Below are positions 18,477-27,302 of a stretch of DNA of 64,000 bases, piece after piece. Below the pieces are notes generated by a model. It saw only the letters and a program-made list of their open reading frames with translations, had not been told where the DNA came from and did no database searches. Positions within the stretch are counted from its first letter, which is position 1; each line of letters opens with the position of its first letter. The stretch covers positions 2,592,001 to 2,656,000 of the forward strand of contig JAKFCY010000002.1 in the NCBI GenBank assembly GCA_036676395.1, in the 5' to 3' direction. Both the position numbers and the translations under genes were made by a program. Source of the stretch: Bdellovibrio sp. (GTDB lineage: Bacteria > Bdellovibrionota > Bdellovibrionia > Bdellovibrionales > Bdellovibrionaceae).

Positions 18477-19427
18477 TTATGACTTCAGTTCGACTACTTG
18501 AGTTTCGAAGGCGAAATCCCAAGTAGTCGTTTCTTTAGCGGGATGTTTTTCAAAGGCTGCGCCAGCTCTTTCTTTGATCTTCTGAATGTCCTGAAGACTA
18601 GCAGAAGGATCATAGTGAGCCATGTATACTTGTTTAATAGCAAAATTCCCGCAAAGATTAAAAGCTCTTTCAAAAGTTCCATGGCCCCAACCTTTTTTCT
18701 GGTTCATTTCGTCTTCTTCGTACTGCGCATCGATATACATTAAATCTAAATTTTCGTAAAGCCCTGCGTCTTTGCCTAAGTCTTCACGAGTTACACGTGT
18801 GGCTTCGGTATCGACTGCGTGCCCATAGGCTTTACCACCATGTTCGATACGAAAACCGTAACAAGGATCTGGATGATCAAGCAAGTACGGAGTCACTGCA
18901 AAGCCATTAATGTAGCGCTTTTCATGCGGAGAAAGTTTAATAAACTGAATGTTCGCTTTAAGATCTTCATAACCCACCGGAAAAATCGGTTTCTGAAAAA
19001 GATCGCGCACAATTTTTTCACACTCAGGCTGTACGCAATAATACTTAACTGTACAACCCGGAATAAAATGTGGAGCAAAGAAAGGTAACCCAAGAATATG
19101 ATCAAAATGAAAGTGAGTAATTAAAATATGATATTCTTTTTGCGCAAAACGATTTTTCGCCAACGTATCGCTAAGGTATTTGATGCCACTGCCACCATCG
19201 ATAATAATAGTTTGATCGTCGCCTTGAACTTCAACACAAGTTGTAGCAACACCGTAACCGCTGATATCAACAAGTCTTTTTTCAGAAAGAAATTTATCAA
19301 CTTCAACGGGTGTTTTATAACCTTTATCCAAAAACTCGCGCATCAAAAGAGCGAATTGCTCTTTTGCTTCAATTGGGCTCGAACTGCTCGGAAGCGATCC
19401 ACGAACTCCCCAAAATTTTACTTTCAT
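18477..19427 (-). CDS. MBL-fold metallo-hydrolase (phosphodiesterase/RNase Z-like)
   Basis: KFWGVRGS, IDGGSG, THFHFDHILGLPFF, DAQY, GWGH, HYDP motifs. Confidence 0.9.
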   Translation of the reverse strand: MKVKFWGVRGSLPSSSSPIEAKEQFALLMREFLDKGYKTPVEVDKFLSEKRLVDISGYGVATTCVEVQGDDQTIIIDGGSGIKYLSDTLAKNRFAQKEYHILITHFHFDHILGLPFFAPHFIPGCTVKYYCVQPECEKIVRDLFQKPIFPVGYEDLKANIQFIKLSPHEKRYINGFAVTPYLLDHPDPCYGFRIEHGGKAYGHAVDTEATRVTREDLGKDAGLYENLDLMYIDAQYEEDEMNQKKGWGHGTFERAFNLCGNFAIKQVYMAHYDPSASLQDIQKIKERAGAAFEKHPAKETTTWDFAFETQVVELKS

Positions 19428-19633
19428 GTGTTGAATACCACGATGTGTTTTCCTTATTTAACACTATTAGTCTATTTTCTGATCATAACTTCCGCAAACA
19501 TTTCTGGGTAAACCTAGACAAGATTTCGTATGTTTACGAAGACCAAAGTCGGTAACCTCGACCAAGGTATTTCGCAAGCTACTAAATATCTAAGTATTTA
19601 GCCATAATCAGATTTGTCGAAGGTGGTTATCGC

Positions 19634-21448
19634 ATGAAGTGGTTGAATCGTTGGTTCTCGTTTTCTTGGAAGAAGTTGGTGTTGGTTGTCTCGCTTGTAC
19701 CTTTGATGTGGTTTTTTCATGGTCTCGATTTCCCTAAAGTTGATATGTTTTCGAGAGATGTACTCCAATTTTTAAACGATAACTCGAATGTCGAAAAATC
19801 CATCGTCACGATCAATATGAATTTAAAAAACGAACAATTTAAACGTCCATTTGAATTCGAGTCTTTTAAAACTTTAGTTGATACTCTCCTGAAGCAAAAT
19901 CCAAAAAATTTAATACTATGCTTTTCTCCGAGAGAATTCACTGGTGATGATACTCACGAGGACATTCGCCAAAAAGTTCTCAATTATCTACTCCCGCTTA
20001 AAAATGTCTATCTATATTCCCAAAGTTCAAATGATAAACATGATCCCAACACAGACCGTATATTCGAAAAATTTCCAAGAATATTTTTATTAACAATGCC
20101 ATTTGATAATTCGGGCGGAAGAAAACGTCGACGGGCTATTGTTTGGTTTGAAACAGTGGGCATTGCTACTGAATTCGCAGAAATGCAGAAGTTAGGATTT
20201 CAAACTAAAAATCATACCGATTTTCCATATGGCTGGCATTATTGGAAAACGATTCAACCCTATATAAAAACTTTTAAACAAGATTCTTTTGGCTCGCATG
20301 ACGCTTATGAAGTTATAGATACAAATTTTAAAGATGTTAATGTCGAAGGAAAAACCGTAATTCTTGGCTCGATTGACGAATTTGCAATGCTTGGAACTGA
20401 ATCAATTTTTAATTTATACTCTAAAATTGGAACTCCTGGATATAAAGATTTTCCGCCTGCTGACTCGCTAGCCAACTATATGAATTTTTATATTCATGGT
20501 GATTACATAAAGCTAATTTCTAACTTTAACGATTTGATACTATTTGGTTTTGTATTAATAATCCTGATTTTCATCAATATTGAAACTAGAAAGAAATTAT
20601 ATATCCTGTTATCACTCATTCCGTTGATCGCAGTATGTACTCTAATCCTTTACATCGTGGATAGTTATTACATTAATTTCTCCCGTAGTATTACTGCGCT
20701 ATTTTTCATTCAGTATCTTGGCATTCCAATTATTATGTTTGCTATGTTTAAAGAACAAGAAACAAAGAAATTGCAAGAAATCAGCGATGCAAGGATAGAT
20801 GCCTTACTCACAGTTTCAGAAAAGGTTGCACATGATATTCGCTCACCACTTTCCGCAATAAATCTGGTAATGCACAAAGTGAATTTCGACGATCCAGAAT
20901 ATAAAGAAATCTTTGACAGCGCTGTTCAGCGAATAGACGAAACCGCGACCAAAATTCTTACTCGTTACAGAACAAAAACAGGCAGTGAGAATGAACCCGT
21001 CGAACAAATTGATCTTGCTGAAATTATATCTTCAATAACTAAAGAGAAAAAAATTCTAAATACAAAAGTTGAATTCGAATTAGTTATTAATTCAGAAACC
21101 ACAACAGCTTTAGGATTAAAATTAGATCTAGAACGCATTATCAGTAACATTTTAGATAATTCAATCTTCGCACTTCAAAGCATCTTAGAACCCAGAATTT
21201 TTATTTCAACAGATTCACATGACAACATGATTCGGGTAGGCATCACAGATAATGGCACAGGAATTCCCGATCAAATTTTGAAACTTTTAGGTACAACCCG
21301 CATTACAACGAAAGCAGACACCAACCAAGGTAACGGCATTGGAATTTTACATGCTAAGCGAGTTATCGAACGACTGAACGGTCGATTTGAAATCTCTTCG
21401 GCTGAACATGTCGGAACAACGATCAAAATCAGTTTACCAAAAGCCTAG
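19634..21448 (+). CDS. Sensor histidine kinase with a divergent CHASE2-like periplasmic domain and three TM helices
   Basis: H-box AHDIRSPL, N-box NILDNS, G1 DNGTG, G2 GNGIG. N-terminal TM, then a periplasmic domain ending in EGKTVILG (CHASE2-like), then three TMs. Confidence 0.85.
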   Translation: MKWLNRWFSFSWKKLVLVVSLVPLMWFFHGLDFPKVDMFSRDVLQFLNDNSNVEKSIVTINMNLKNEQFKRPFEFESFKTLVDTLLKQNPKNLILCFSPREFTGDDTHEDIRQKVLNYLLPLKNVYLYSQSSNDKHDPNTDRIFEKFPRIFLLTMPFDNSGGRKRRRAIVWFETVGIATEFAEMQKLGFQTKNHTDFPYGWHYWKTIQPYIKTFKQDSFGSHDAYEVIDTNFKDVNVEGKTVILGSIDEFAMLGTESIFNLYSKIGTPGYKDFPPADSLANYMNFYIHGDYIKLISNFNDLILFGFVLIILIFINIETRKKLYILLSLIPLIAVCTLILYIVDSYYINFSRSITALFFIQYLGIPIIMFAMFKEQETKKLQEISDARIDALLTVSEKVAHDIRSPLSAINLVMHKVNFDDPEYKEIFDSAVQRIDETATKILTRYRTKTGSENEPVEQIDLAEIISSITKEKKILNTKVEFELVINSETTTALGLKLDLERIISNILDNSIFALQSILEPRIFISTDSHDNMIRVGITDNGTGIPDQILKLLGTTRITTKADTNQGNGIGILHAKRVIERLNGRFEISSAEHVGTTIKISLPKA

Positions 21449-21478
21449 TACTAAAGTCCTAACGGTTTACATAAACTC

Positions 21479-21500
21479 AAGTAACTTCCGCAAGTTACTT
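21479..21500. promoter_or_regulatory. Perfect inverted repeat next to the rSAM promoter
   Basis: AAGTAACTT-CCGC-AAGTTACTT. Could be an operator or a weak terminator of the kinase gene. Confidence 0.5.
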
Positions 21501-21504
21501 TCAA

Positions 21505-21521
21505 TTGGCTCTAGTATTGCT
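21505..21521 (+). promoter_or_regulatory. Candidate sigma-54 promoter of the radical SAM/peptide operon
   Basis: TTGGCTCTAGTATTGCT has GG-N10-GC with TTGC, ending 33 nt before the ATG. Confidence 0.65.
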
Positions 21522-21554
21522 ATTCTAATTTAGATTGAATAACTGAGAGACAAA

Positions 21555-22889
21555 ATGAAACCAATAGAACTGCGCCGACATAATGAAATTATCGCATTTA
21601 GAGCTGAGGACGACTCCCTTGTAGCTCTGCATGGTTTTAATATGGAAGTCGCAGAAATTAGTGAGGAATCATTTGCTCAAATGACACCGATTTCAATCTC
21701 TACAGGTGAAATTCCTGATGTCAAACTTCCAGACAACCATGAAGAAAAGGAAGCATTCGACGCATTGAGAGAATGGAACGCAGAAGAAAATCCAAATGCT
21801 AAAAGTGGAAAATTAGAGTTCGGAATTCGCTCAATTAATTTAAATGTAAACCAAATTTGTAATTTAAAATGTGCCTATTGCGCTGCCGGCGGCGATGGAA
21901 CTTACGGCGAACCCATGAATAAAATCTCGATCGAAAAAACCCTACCGCAACTCAAATTTTTCTTAATGCAGCTAAAGCCCGGTCAGAAATTTCGCGTGAT
22001 TATTATCGGTGGTGAGCCCCTTTTATATCCAGAAGCTATAAAGGCTGTGCACGACTATTTAATGTCAGAAGCGCCAAGCCGCGGAATTATCCCAAGACTT
22101 AGCATTGTGACAAACGGAACACTTCTTAACGGTAAAACTCTCGAGTTAATCCGCTCATTAAAAATCGAAATCAAAATTAGTCTCGATGGCGCTAAAGAAA
22201 TAAATGATGTTGTTAGACCAAGTAAAAACAATTCTAGCTCAACAGACCAAACAGTAGCTGGGATCGCTGAGTTAGCAAAAGATCGCGGTAACGTAACTAC
22301 ATGGGGAATCTCAGCGATCAGCACTTCAAAAAATCCAGAAACACTTTTAGCGTATCGTTATTTAAGAAGCTTAAATCCTGATTGGTTAGAATTTCATTTC
22401 GATGTTGGTGAGAAGTCGCAAGAACTTCAAGACAAACATATTGAACAAATGAACCTGATTGCTGCTGAAGCCTGGAAAATTGGTGGCGAAAAAGAACTCA
22501 GAAAAATAGCTCAGTTTGATCAAATTTTTCATCTTTTAGATAGCCAGCTTCGCCTTGAAAACCACTGTGGTGCTGGAAAAACTTACTTAATGGTCGACGC
22601 CAAAAACAAGATGTATCCTTGTGTTTGGGAGGCTGGCGACAAGGAGCAAGTTGTTGGTCAAAATGAACAACTCGACCATGCCAAGCTATCTAACTATTCA
22701 AAATCTCTTATAGAACTTAATAATTGCCAAACCTGCTGGGCTAGACACTTTTGCGGTGGCGGTTGTATGTATATCAATAAGCTCAATAATGGCAGTAAGC
22801 ATGTAAAAGATAAAATGTTCTGTGAACGTACGAGAAGCTTGCTTTTGCCTATTATTTCGTATTATAAATTAGCTAGGTCTGCGGAATAA
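21555..22889 (+). CDS. Radical SAM/SPASM peptide maturase (thioether-forming CteB/QhpD-like) with a probable N-terminal RRE
   Basis: CNLKCAYC, GGEPLL, TNGTLL, ISLDG. SPASM motifs HCGAGKTYLMVD....YPC and CQTCWARHFCGGGC...C. About 90-aa N-terminal extension with a beta-beta-beta-alpha pattern. Confidence 0.9.
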   Translation: MKPIELRRHNEIIAFRAEDDSLVALHGFNMEVAEISEESFAQMTPISISTGEIPDVKLPDNHEEKEAFDALREWNAEENPNAKSGKLEFGIRSINLNVNQICNLKCAYCAAGGDGTYGEPMNKISIEKTLPQLKFFLMQLKPGQKFRVIIIGGEPLLYPEAIKAVHDYLMSEAPSRGIIPRLSIVTNGTLLNGKTLELIRSLKIEIKISLDGAKEINDVVRPSKNNSSSTDQTVAGIAELAKDRGNVTTWGISAISTSKNPETLLAYRYLRSLNPDWLEFHFDVGEKSQELQDKHIEQMNLIAAEAWKIGGEKELRKIAQFDQIFHLLDSQLRLENHCGAGKTYLMVDAKNKMYPCVWEAGDKEQVVGQNEQLDHAKLSNYSKSLIELNNCQTCWARHFCGGGCMYINKLNNGSKHVKDKMFCERTRSLLLPIISYYKLARSAE

Positions 22890-22906
22890 AGCCGCAGGGG
22901 GAATAT

Positions 22907-22990
22907 ATGAAAAAACATATCAAAAAAGTTAAAGCTCAAGAAGTTAGCGAAAAGCCGATTAAAGAACCGGGCTGCTCACCTATGAAATAG
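22907..22990 (+). CDS. Putative RiPP precursor peptide, 27 aa: MKKHIKKVKAQEVSEKPIKEPGCSPMK
   Basis: Below the track length cutoff. Strong RBS AGGGGGA ending at 22902, starts 17 nt after the rSAM stop and fills the gap to the next kinase gene. KHIK leader motif and one Cys. Confidence 0.75.
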   Translation: MKKHIKKVKAQEVSEKPIKEPGCSPMK

Positions 22991-23004
22991 CTTGTGATTT
23001 TCTC

Positions 23005-24867
23005 TTGGAAGCATCACAAAAACTTGAACTTAAGTATTTAATTCTACGTACAATTTTCGCAATCGCCGTCGGCGTCCTTATCTCAGCATTTAATTTAGAT
23101 TTTATCGAAGGCTACCTGGTTGATTTTCGTATCCAAGCAAAAGCTTTTCTTGGGTTAGCAAAACCAAAAAACCCACAAGTTGCGATCGTATTAATTAACT
23201 TCAAAACAGTTGAAAAATATCAACGCCAACCTAACTTTCCTGATCACATCAAGTTTCTCAATCAACTCTCTGGATTAAACCCGAAATTTATCGTTTATGA
23301 GTTCAGAACAAGCGATGAAGAATTTTTAGAAATCAGTGGAACCTACAAAGAAAAACAAGAATTTGCAGATCAAATTAAAAGTTTTTCGAATCTTCATTTC
23401 TCAACTCAAAATTTAACTATTAAAGGTGAAACAGAAGAGTTTCGCCTTAAAGCTCCTTTAGACGAAATTAAATTCTCATCTATGCCTTTTACTGCTGATG
23501 GAAAATCATTCGGTAAAGATGGAGTTTCACGTCGCCTAATGTATCAATATCAGGATCAAGCAATGGTCCAACCTCGGATCGCTGCCTTCTATAATCCAGA
23601 GATTCAGAATCCAGAAAAGATCAGAGGAAACTTTTATTATTTAGAGTCATATCAAACTTATATTGATTATCACCCCGTTGGCTCATTTCCGACATATGCC
23701 TTTGAAGATGTCGTCGATGGCAAAGTTCCTAAAGATGCTTTCGAAGGTAAAGTAGTTATTGTGGGTTCAGATCTAGGTAAAGACCCCGATGACTATGCTT
23801 CTACTCCATATAATCGCCATTTCAGTGGTATGACTAAGACCGAACTTCAAGCCAATCAGATTCAAACTCTCATAGATAACAGTGCCCCACTTAAACCACA
23901 TCGTGCTGTTAATATTGCTATCGTTATTTTAATTTCATTCTTAACTCTCTACGCTACTTTATCTCTTACCCCAGCACGCGGTCTTTTAATCTTAGGCGGT
24001 ACTTTATTTGGGCTAGGCGTAATTTCTATTTTAGCATTTAGCGTTTTCGGTATCTGGTTCGATCTTTCGCATCCATTTCTAGCAATCTTCCTCTGCTACT
24101 ACTTCTTCATCCCCTACCGTCTTATCCGAGAAAACCGCAAGAGCTGGGAATACTACCAAAAGCATAAACTACTCTCTGAAGTCGAAGAGCTTAAAACAAA
24201 CTTCATCTCAATGATGTCGCACGATCTAAAGACTCCTATCGCGCGTATTACCGGCATGACTGAAGTAATCTACAAAGACCCACAGCAACTATCGTCTCAC
24301 CAAAGAGAAGCGCTGGACACGATCAGACATAGCTCTGACGATCTATTAAAATTCATCAACGCTATCCTTCAGTACGGAAGCATCGAAAGCCAAGGCGTTC
24401 AGTTACACAAACAAGCTAAAGATCTTAATCAGCTTCTAGCCGACGTCGTGAAGAAACACCAATTTCTAGCTAATGTTAAAAAGATCAAGATCATCCAAGA
24501 GCTTGAGCCGATGTTTCCTACCCAAGTAGACCCAGAGCTTATTAAACAAGTGTTTTCGAACTTACTCGAAAATGCGATTAAGTACTCTCCTGAAGAATCT
24601 ACCGTCTGGGTGCGTAGCCGCGAAGGCGACGATACTATAATAGTAGAGTTTCAAGATCAGGGTATGGGGATTCCGCCATCTGATCTTCCGAATATTTTCA
24701 TGAAATTCTTTCGTACCCACACGGTTAAGACCACAACCATTAAAGGTTCTGGCTTAGGGCTTTATTTAGCCCAGTACTTCGTAGAATTGCATAAGGGTAA
24801 AATCACGGTCGATAGCTCGCCTGAACGAGGCTCTAAGTTCACCGTTGAGCTTCCATTAGACAAATAA
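23005..24867 (+). CDS. CHASE2-domain sensor histidine kinase
   Basis: DGVSRR, FEGKVVIVG, TPY, ELQANQIQTL (CHASE2), three TMs, H-box SHDLKTP, NLLENAIKYS, DQGMGI, GSGLGL. Confidence 0.92.
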   Translation: MEASQKLELKYLILRTIFAIAVGVLISAFNLDFIEGYLVDFRIQAKAFLGLAKPKNPQVAIVLINFKTVEKYQRQPNFPDHIKFLNQLSGLNPKFIVYEFRTSDEEFLEISGTYKEKQEFADQIKSFSNLHFSTQNLTIKGETEEFRLKAPLDEIKFSSMPFTADGKSFGKDGVSRRLMYQYQDQAMVQPRIAAFYNPEIQNPEKIRGNFYYLESYQTYIDYHPVGSFPTYAFEDVVDGKVPKDAFEGKVVIVGSDLGKDPDDYASTPYNRHFSGMTKTELQANQIQTLIDNSAPLKPHRAVNIAIVILISFLTLYATLSLTPARGLLILGGTLFGLGVISILAFSVFGIWFDLSHPFLAIFLCYYFFIPYRLIRENRKSWEYYQKHKLLSEVEELKTNFISMMSHDLKTPIARITGMTEVIYKDPQQLSSHQREALDTIRHSSDDLLKFINAILQYGSIESQGVQLHKQAKDLNQLLADVVKKHQFLANVKKIKIIQELEPMFPTQVDPELIKQVFSNLLENAIKYSPEESTVWVRSREGDDTIIVEFQDQGMGIPPSDLPNIFMKFFRTHTVKTTTIKGSGLGLYLAQYFVELHKGKITVDSSPERGSKFTVELPLDK

Positions 24868-25006
24868 ACACACTATAAACACAGCCCTAGAGCTTCTGCT
24901 CGCTAAGTAAACAATTCCTAGCTGGTGTCATTTTGCTTTTTTCGGTGTTCATTCGCTTAAAACTTGTGCTATACCCTACGACATATCGCTTACGGGGGAA
25001 TTATAT

Positions 25007-26578
25007 ATGTTAAAGGTTTTAGTTGTTGATGACGACCAAGCTCTACGCTTTTCGATCCGCTCTGCCTTAGAAGCTACTCGCAGATTCTCTATTGAAGAGG
25101 CTTTCGATGGCGTCAACGCTTTAGAAAAAGTTAAAGCCACTGATAGCACTAAACGTATCTATGACATCGTCATTCTTGATGTGGATATGCCGCGCATGAA
25201 CGGCTTAGCCGCACTTAAAGCGATTAAAGAATTCGATCCAGGCATTATCGTCTTAATGTTAACTGCACACGCGACGGTAGAAGCCGCTGTAGCAGCCGTT
25301 AAAGACGGAGCTTACAACTTTTTATCTAAACCAATCTCGGGTGATGATCTTACAGCCTTAATCGACAGAGCCATCAACGCTCACCGAATGATTTCGAACT
25401 TAGCCGTATCTTCACCGGTGTTTGTTGATGAAGGCCGTAAAATCATCGGTAACACTTCGCAAATGCAAAAAGTTTTTAACGTGATTCATAAGCTTGCTAA
25501 AGTTGATACCCCGGTATTAGTGCGCGGAGCTTCAGGAACAGGTAAAGAGCTTGTTGCTAAAGCCATCCACTTTAACAGCGCCCGTAAAGATGAAAAATTC
25601 GTGGCGATCAACTGTTCGGCGATTCCTGAGAATTTATTTGAATCTGAATTATTTGGTCACGAAAAAGGATCGTTTACTGGTGCTGACCAACGTAAAATCG
25701 GAAAGTTTCAATTTGCTGAAGGCGGAACTTTATTCTTAGATGAAGTTGGCGACATGCCACAGTTGATGCAAGTTAAAATCTTACGTGTATTACAAGAAAA
25801 ATTATTTACTCCGGTTGGATCAAATCGCGAGATTCCTACAAACGTAAGAATTATCGCAGCGACAAACCGTCCGTTAGAAAAAATGATGGAAGAAGGCCGC
25901 TTTCGTGAAGACTTATTCTATCGTTTAAATGTTGTACCTATTATTTTACCTCAGTTAAATGACCGCAAAGATGATTTAGATGTTTTAATTAATATCTTCA
26001 TCAAAAAATTTAACGTAGCTCACGGTAAAAAAATTAATGGCTTAACCAAAGATGCACTTGATGCAATGAAACGTTATAACTGGCCAGGAAATATCCGTGA
26101 ATTAGAGAACGTGATCGAACATTCTTTCGTTCTTGAATCAGGAAATCAGATCACTTTAGGAAGCTTACCAGAAGCGGTTTTGATGGCTGCTGGAATCAGT
26201 TTAATCGACCAAATGGATAAGATTCAGAGTCAATCAGAAACTATGAAGCAAATGAACGGCGCAACTGCTGTAAACATGGGCGTGACAGATTCTGACGACG
26301 ACGATGATTTATCTATTGACGCAGATTCTGAAATCGATGGCGATGATGAAATTGACGGCGAAGTGATCGGCCTAAGTGTTTCACCAAATGGCTTACTTGA
26401 TTTCAATGCACAAAAAGAAGAGTTCGAAAAACAGTTTATTATCAAGGCCTTGAAAACATTTAAAGGCAAAATTAATCAAACAGCATTGCACGCAAACATT
26501 CCGAAAAAGACTTTATTACGTAAAATTGAAAAGTACGGAATCGTGGCGAAAGAATATGCAAAAGTTGATCTTGATTAA
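25007..26578 (+). CDS. Sigma-54-dependent response regulator (REC-AAA+-Fis HTH, NtrC family)
   Basis: REC VVDDD and LDVDMP. GASGTGKE, GSFTGA, LFLDEVG, FREDLFYRL, WPGNIREL, C-terminal HTH. RBS GGGGGA. Confidence 0.95.
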   Translation: MLKVLVVDDDQALRFSIRSALEATRRFSIEEAFDGVNALEKVKATDSTKRIYDIVILDVDMPRMNGLAALKAIKEFDPGIIVLMLTAHATVEAAVAAVKDGAYNFLSKPISGDDLTALIDRAINAHRMISNLAVSSPVFVDEGRKIIGNTSQMQKVFNVIHKLAKVDTPVLVRGASGTGKELVAKAIHFNSARKDEKFVAINCSAIPENLFESELFGHEKGSFTGADQRKIGKFQFAEGGTLFLDEVGDMPQLMQVKILRVLQEKLFTPVGSNREIPTNVRIIAATNRPLEKMMEEGRFREDLFYRLNVVPIILPQLNDRKDDLDVLINIFIKKFNVAHGKKINGLTKDALDAMKRYNWPGNIRELENVIEHSFVLESGNQITLGSLPEAVLMAAGISLIDQMDKIQSQSETMKQMNGATAVNMGVTDSDDDDDLSIDADSEIDGDDEIDGEVIGLSVSPNGLLDFNAQKEEFEKQFIIKALKTFKGKINQTALHANIPKKTLLRKIEKYGIVAKEYAKVDLD

Positions 26579-26672
26579 TAATTGAACTGCATTTTCTTAC
26601 ATAAAATTTTGCATTCGGTAACGTGGTATTACGATTGACTCGAATATAGGGAAACTTTACCGTTGAGTCCCT

Positions 26673-27218
26673 ATGACAGTTAACCCGTTGCCTCCTCAAG
26701 CTTATACCAAAGATACTTTACAGAAAGCGTATTCGTGGCTGTTGTCACAATCGTCTTCTGTTAAAGAAATGGCGCAAGATCAAAATATGTTGGTCAGCCT
26801 TTATCTAAAAGCACAACGTAATGGGGATGCTGTTCTTGAAACTCCAAGCATTCAAAATTTCAAACAAGAATTAAAATCGTTAGCTAACATGATGGGTGAT
26901 TTTCAATCGCCGCAACAGTTAGCTACAGCGGCTTCGCACATGCACGCCCCAGCACATAAACATGCGCCAACAATCCATTCGCATGCTTCGCAAACCAATG
27001 CGACAGCTACCGCAGCAGCGGTTTCTACGTCGCATGTCACGACGACGACGGTTAGTCAGTCGCGTGTATCAACTGATATGAATGCAAATGGTTTTGATCA
27101 AAAAACTTTAGAGGCTATTCAGCAAGTGCGTGAAACTTTTAACTTAAGTTCTGATGCTGAAGCGATCCGCGCCTTAGTGGCGTTAGGAATTAAACAATTC
27201 CGTAAATCTGGTTTATAA
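26673..27218 (+). CDS. Hypothetical protein with a low-complexity linker
   Basis: 181-aa ORF with typical codon use and two short helical domains separated by an Ala/Thr/His-rich linker. Confidence 0.75.
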   Translation: MTVNPLPPQAYTKDTLQKAYSWLLSQSSSVKEMAQDQNMLVSLYLKAQRNGDAVLETPSIQNFKQELKSLANMMGDFQSPQQLATAASHMHAPAHKHAPTIHSHASQTNATATAAAVSTSHVTTTTVSQSRVSTDMNANGFDQKTLEAIQQVRETFNLSSDAEAIRALVALGIKQFRKSGL

Positions 27219-27235
27219 TTTTTCAATTTCAGCGT

Positions 27236-27278
27236 TACAGCAAGTGCGCAAAAAATTTTTAATCGCGCACTTGCTGTA
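27236..27278. terminator. Stem-loop between convergent genes
   Basis: TACAGCAAGTGCGC-N15-GCGCACTTGCTGTA, a perfect 14-bp stem. Confidence 0.55.
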
Positions 27279-27302
27279 TAAATTTTTTTAAGTTCTGTTA
27301 AT

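Noticed and set aside
24923..24937. TGGTGTCATTTTGCT as a sigma-54 promoter for the response regulator
   Set aside because: Spacing is GG-N9-GC, and sigma-54 needs N10.
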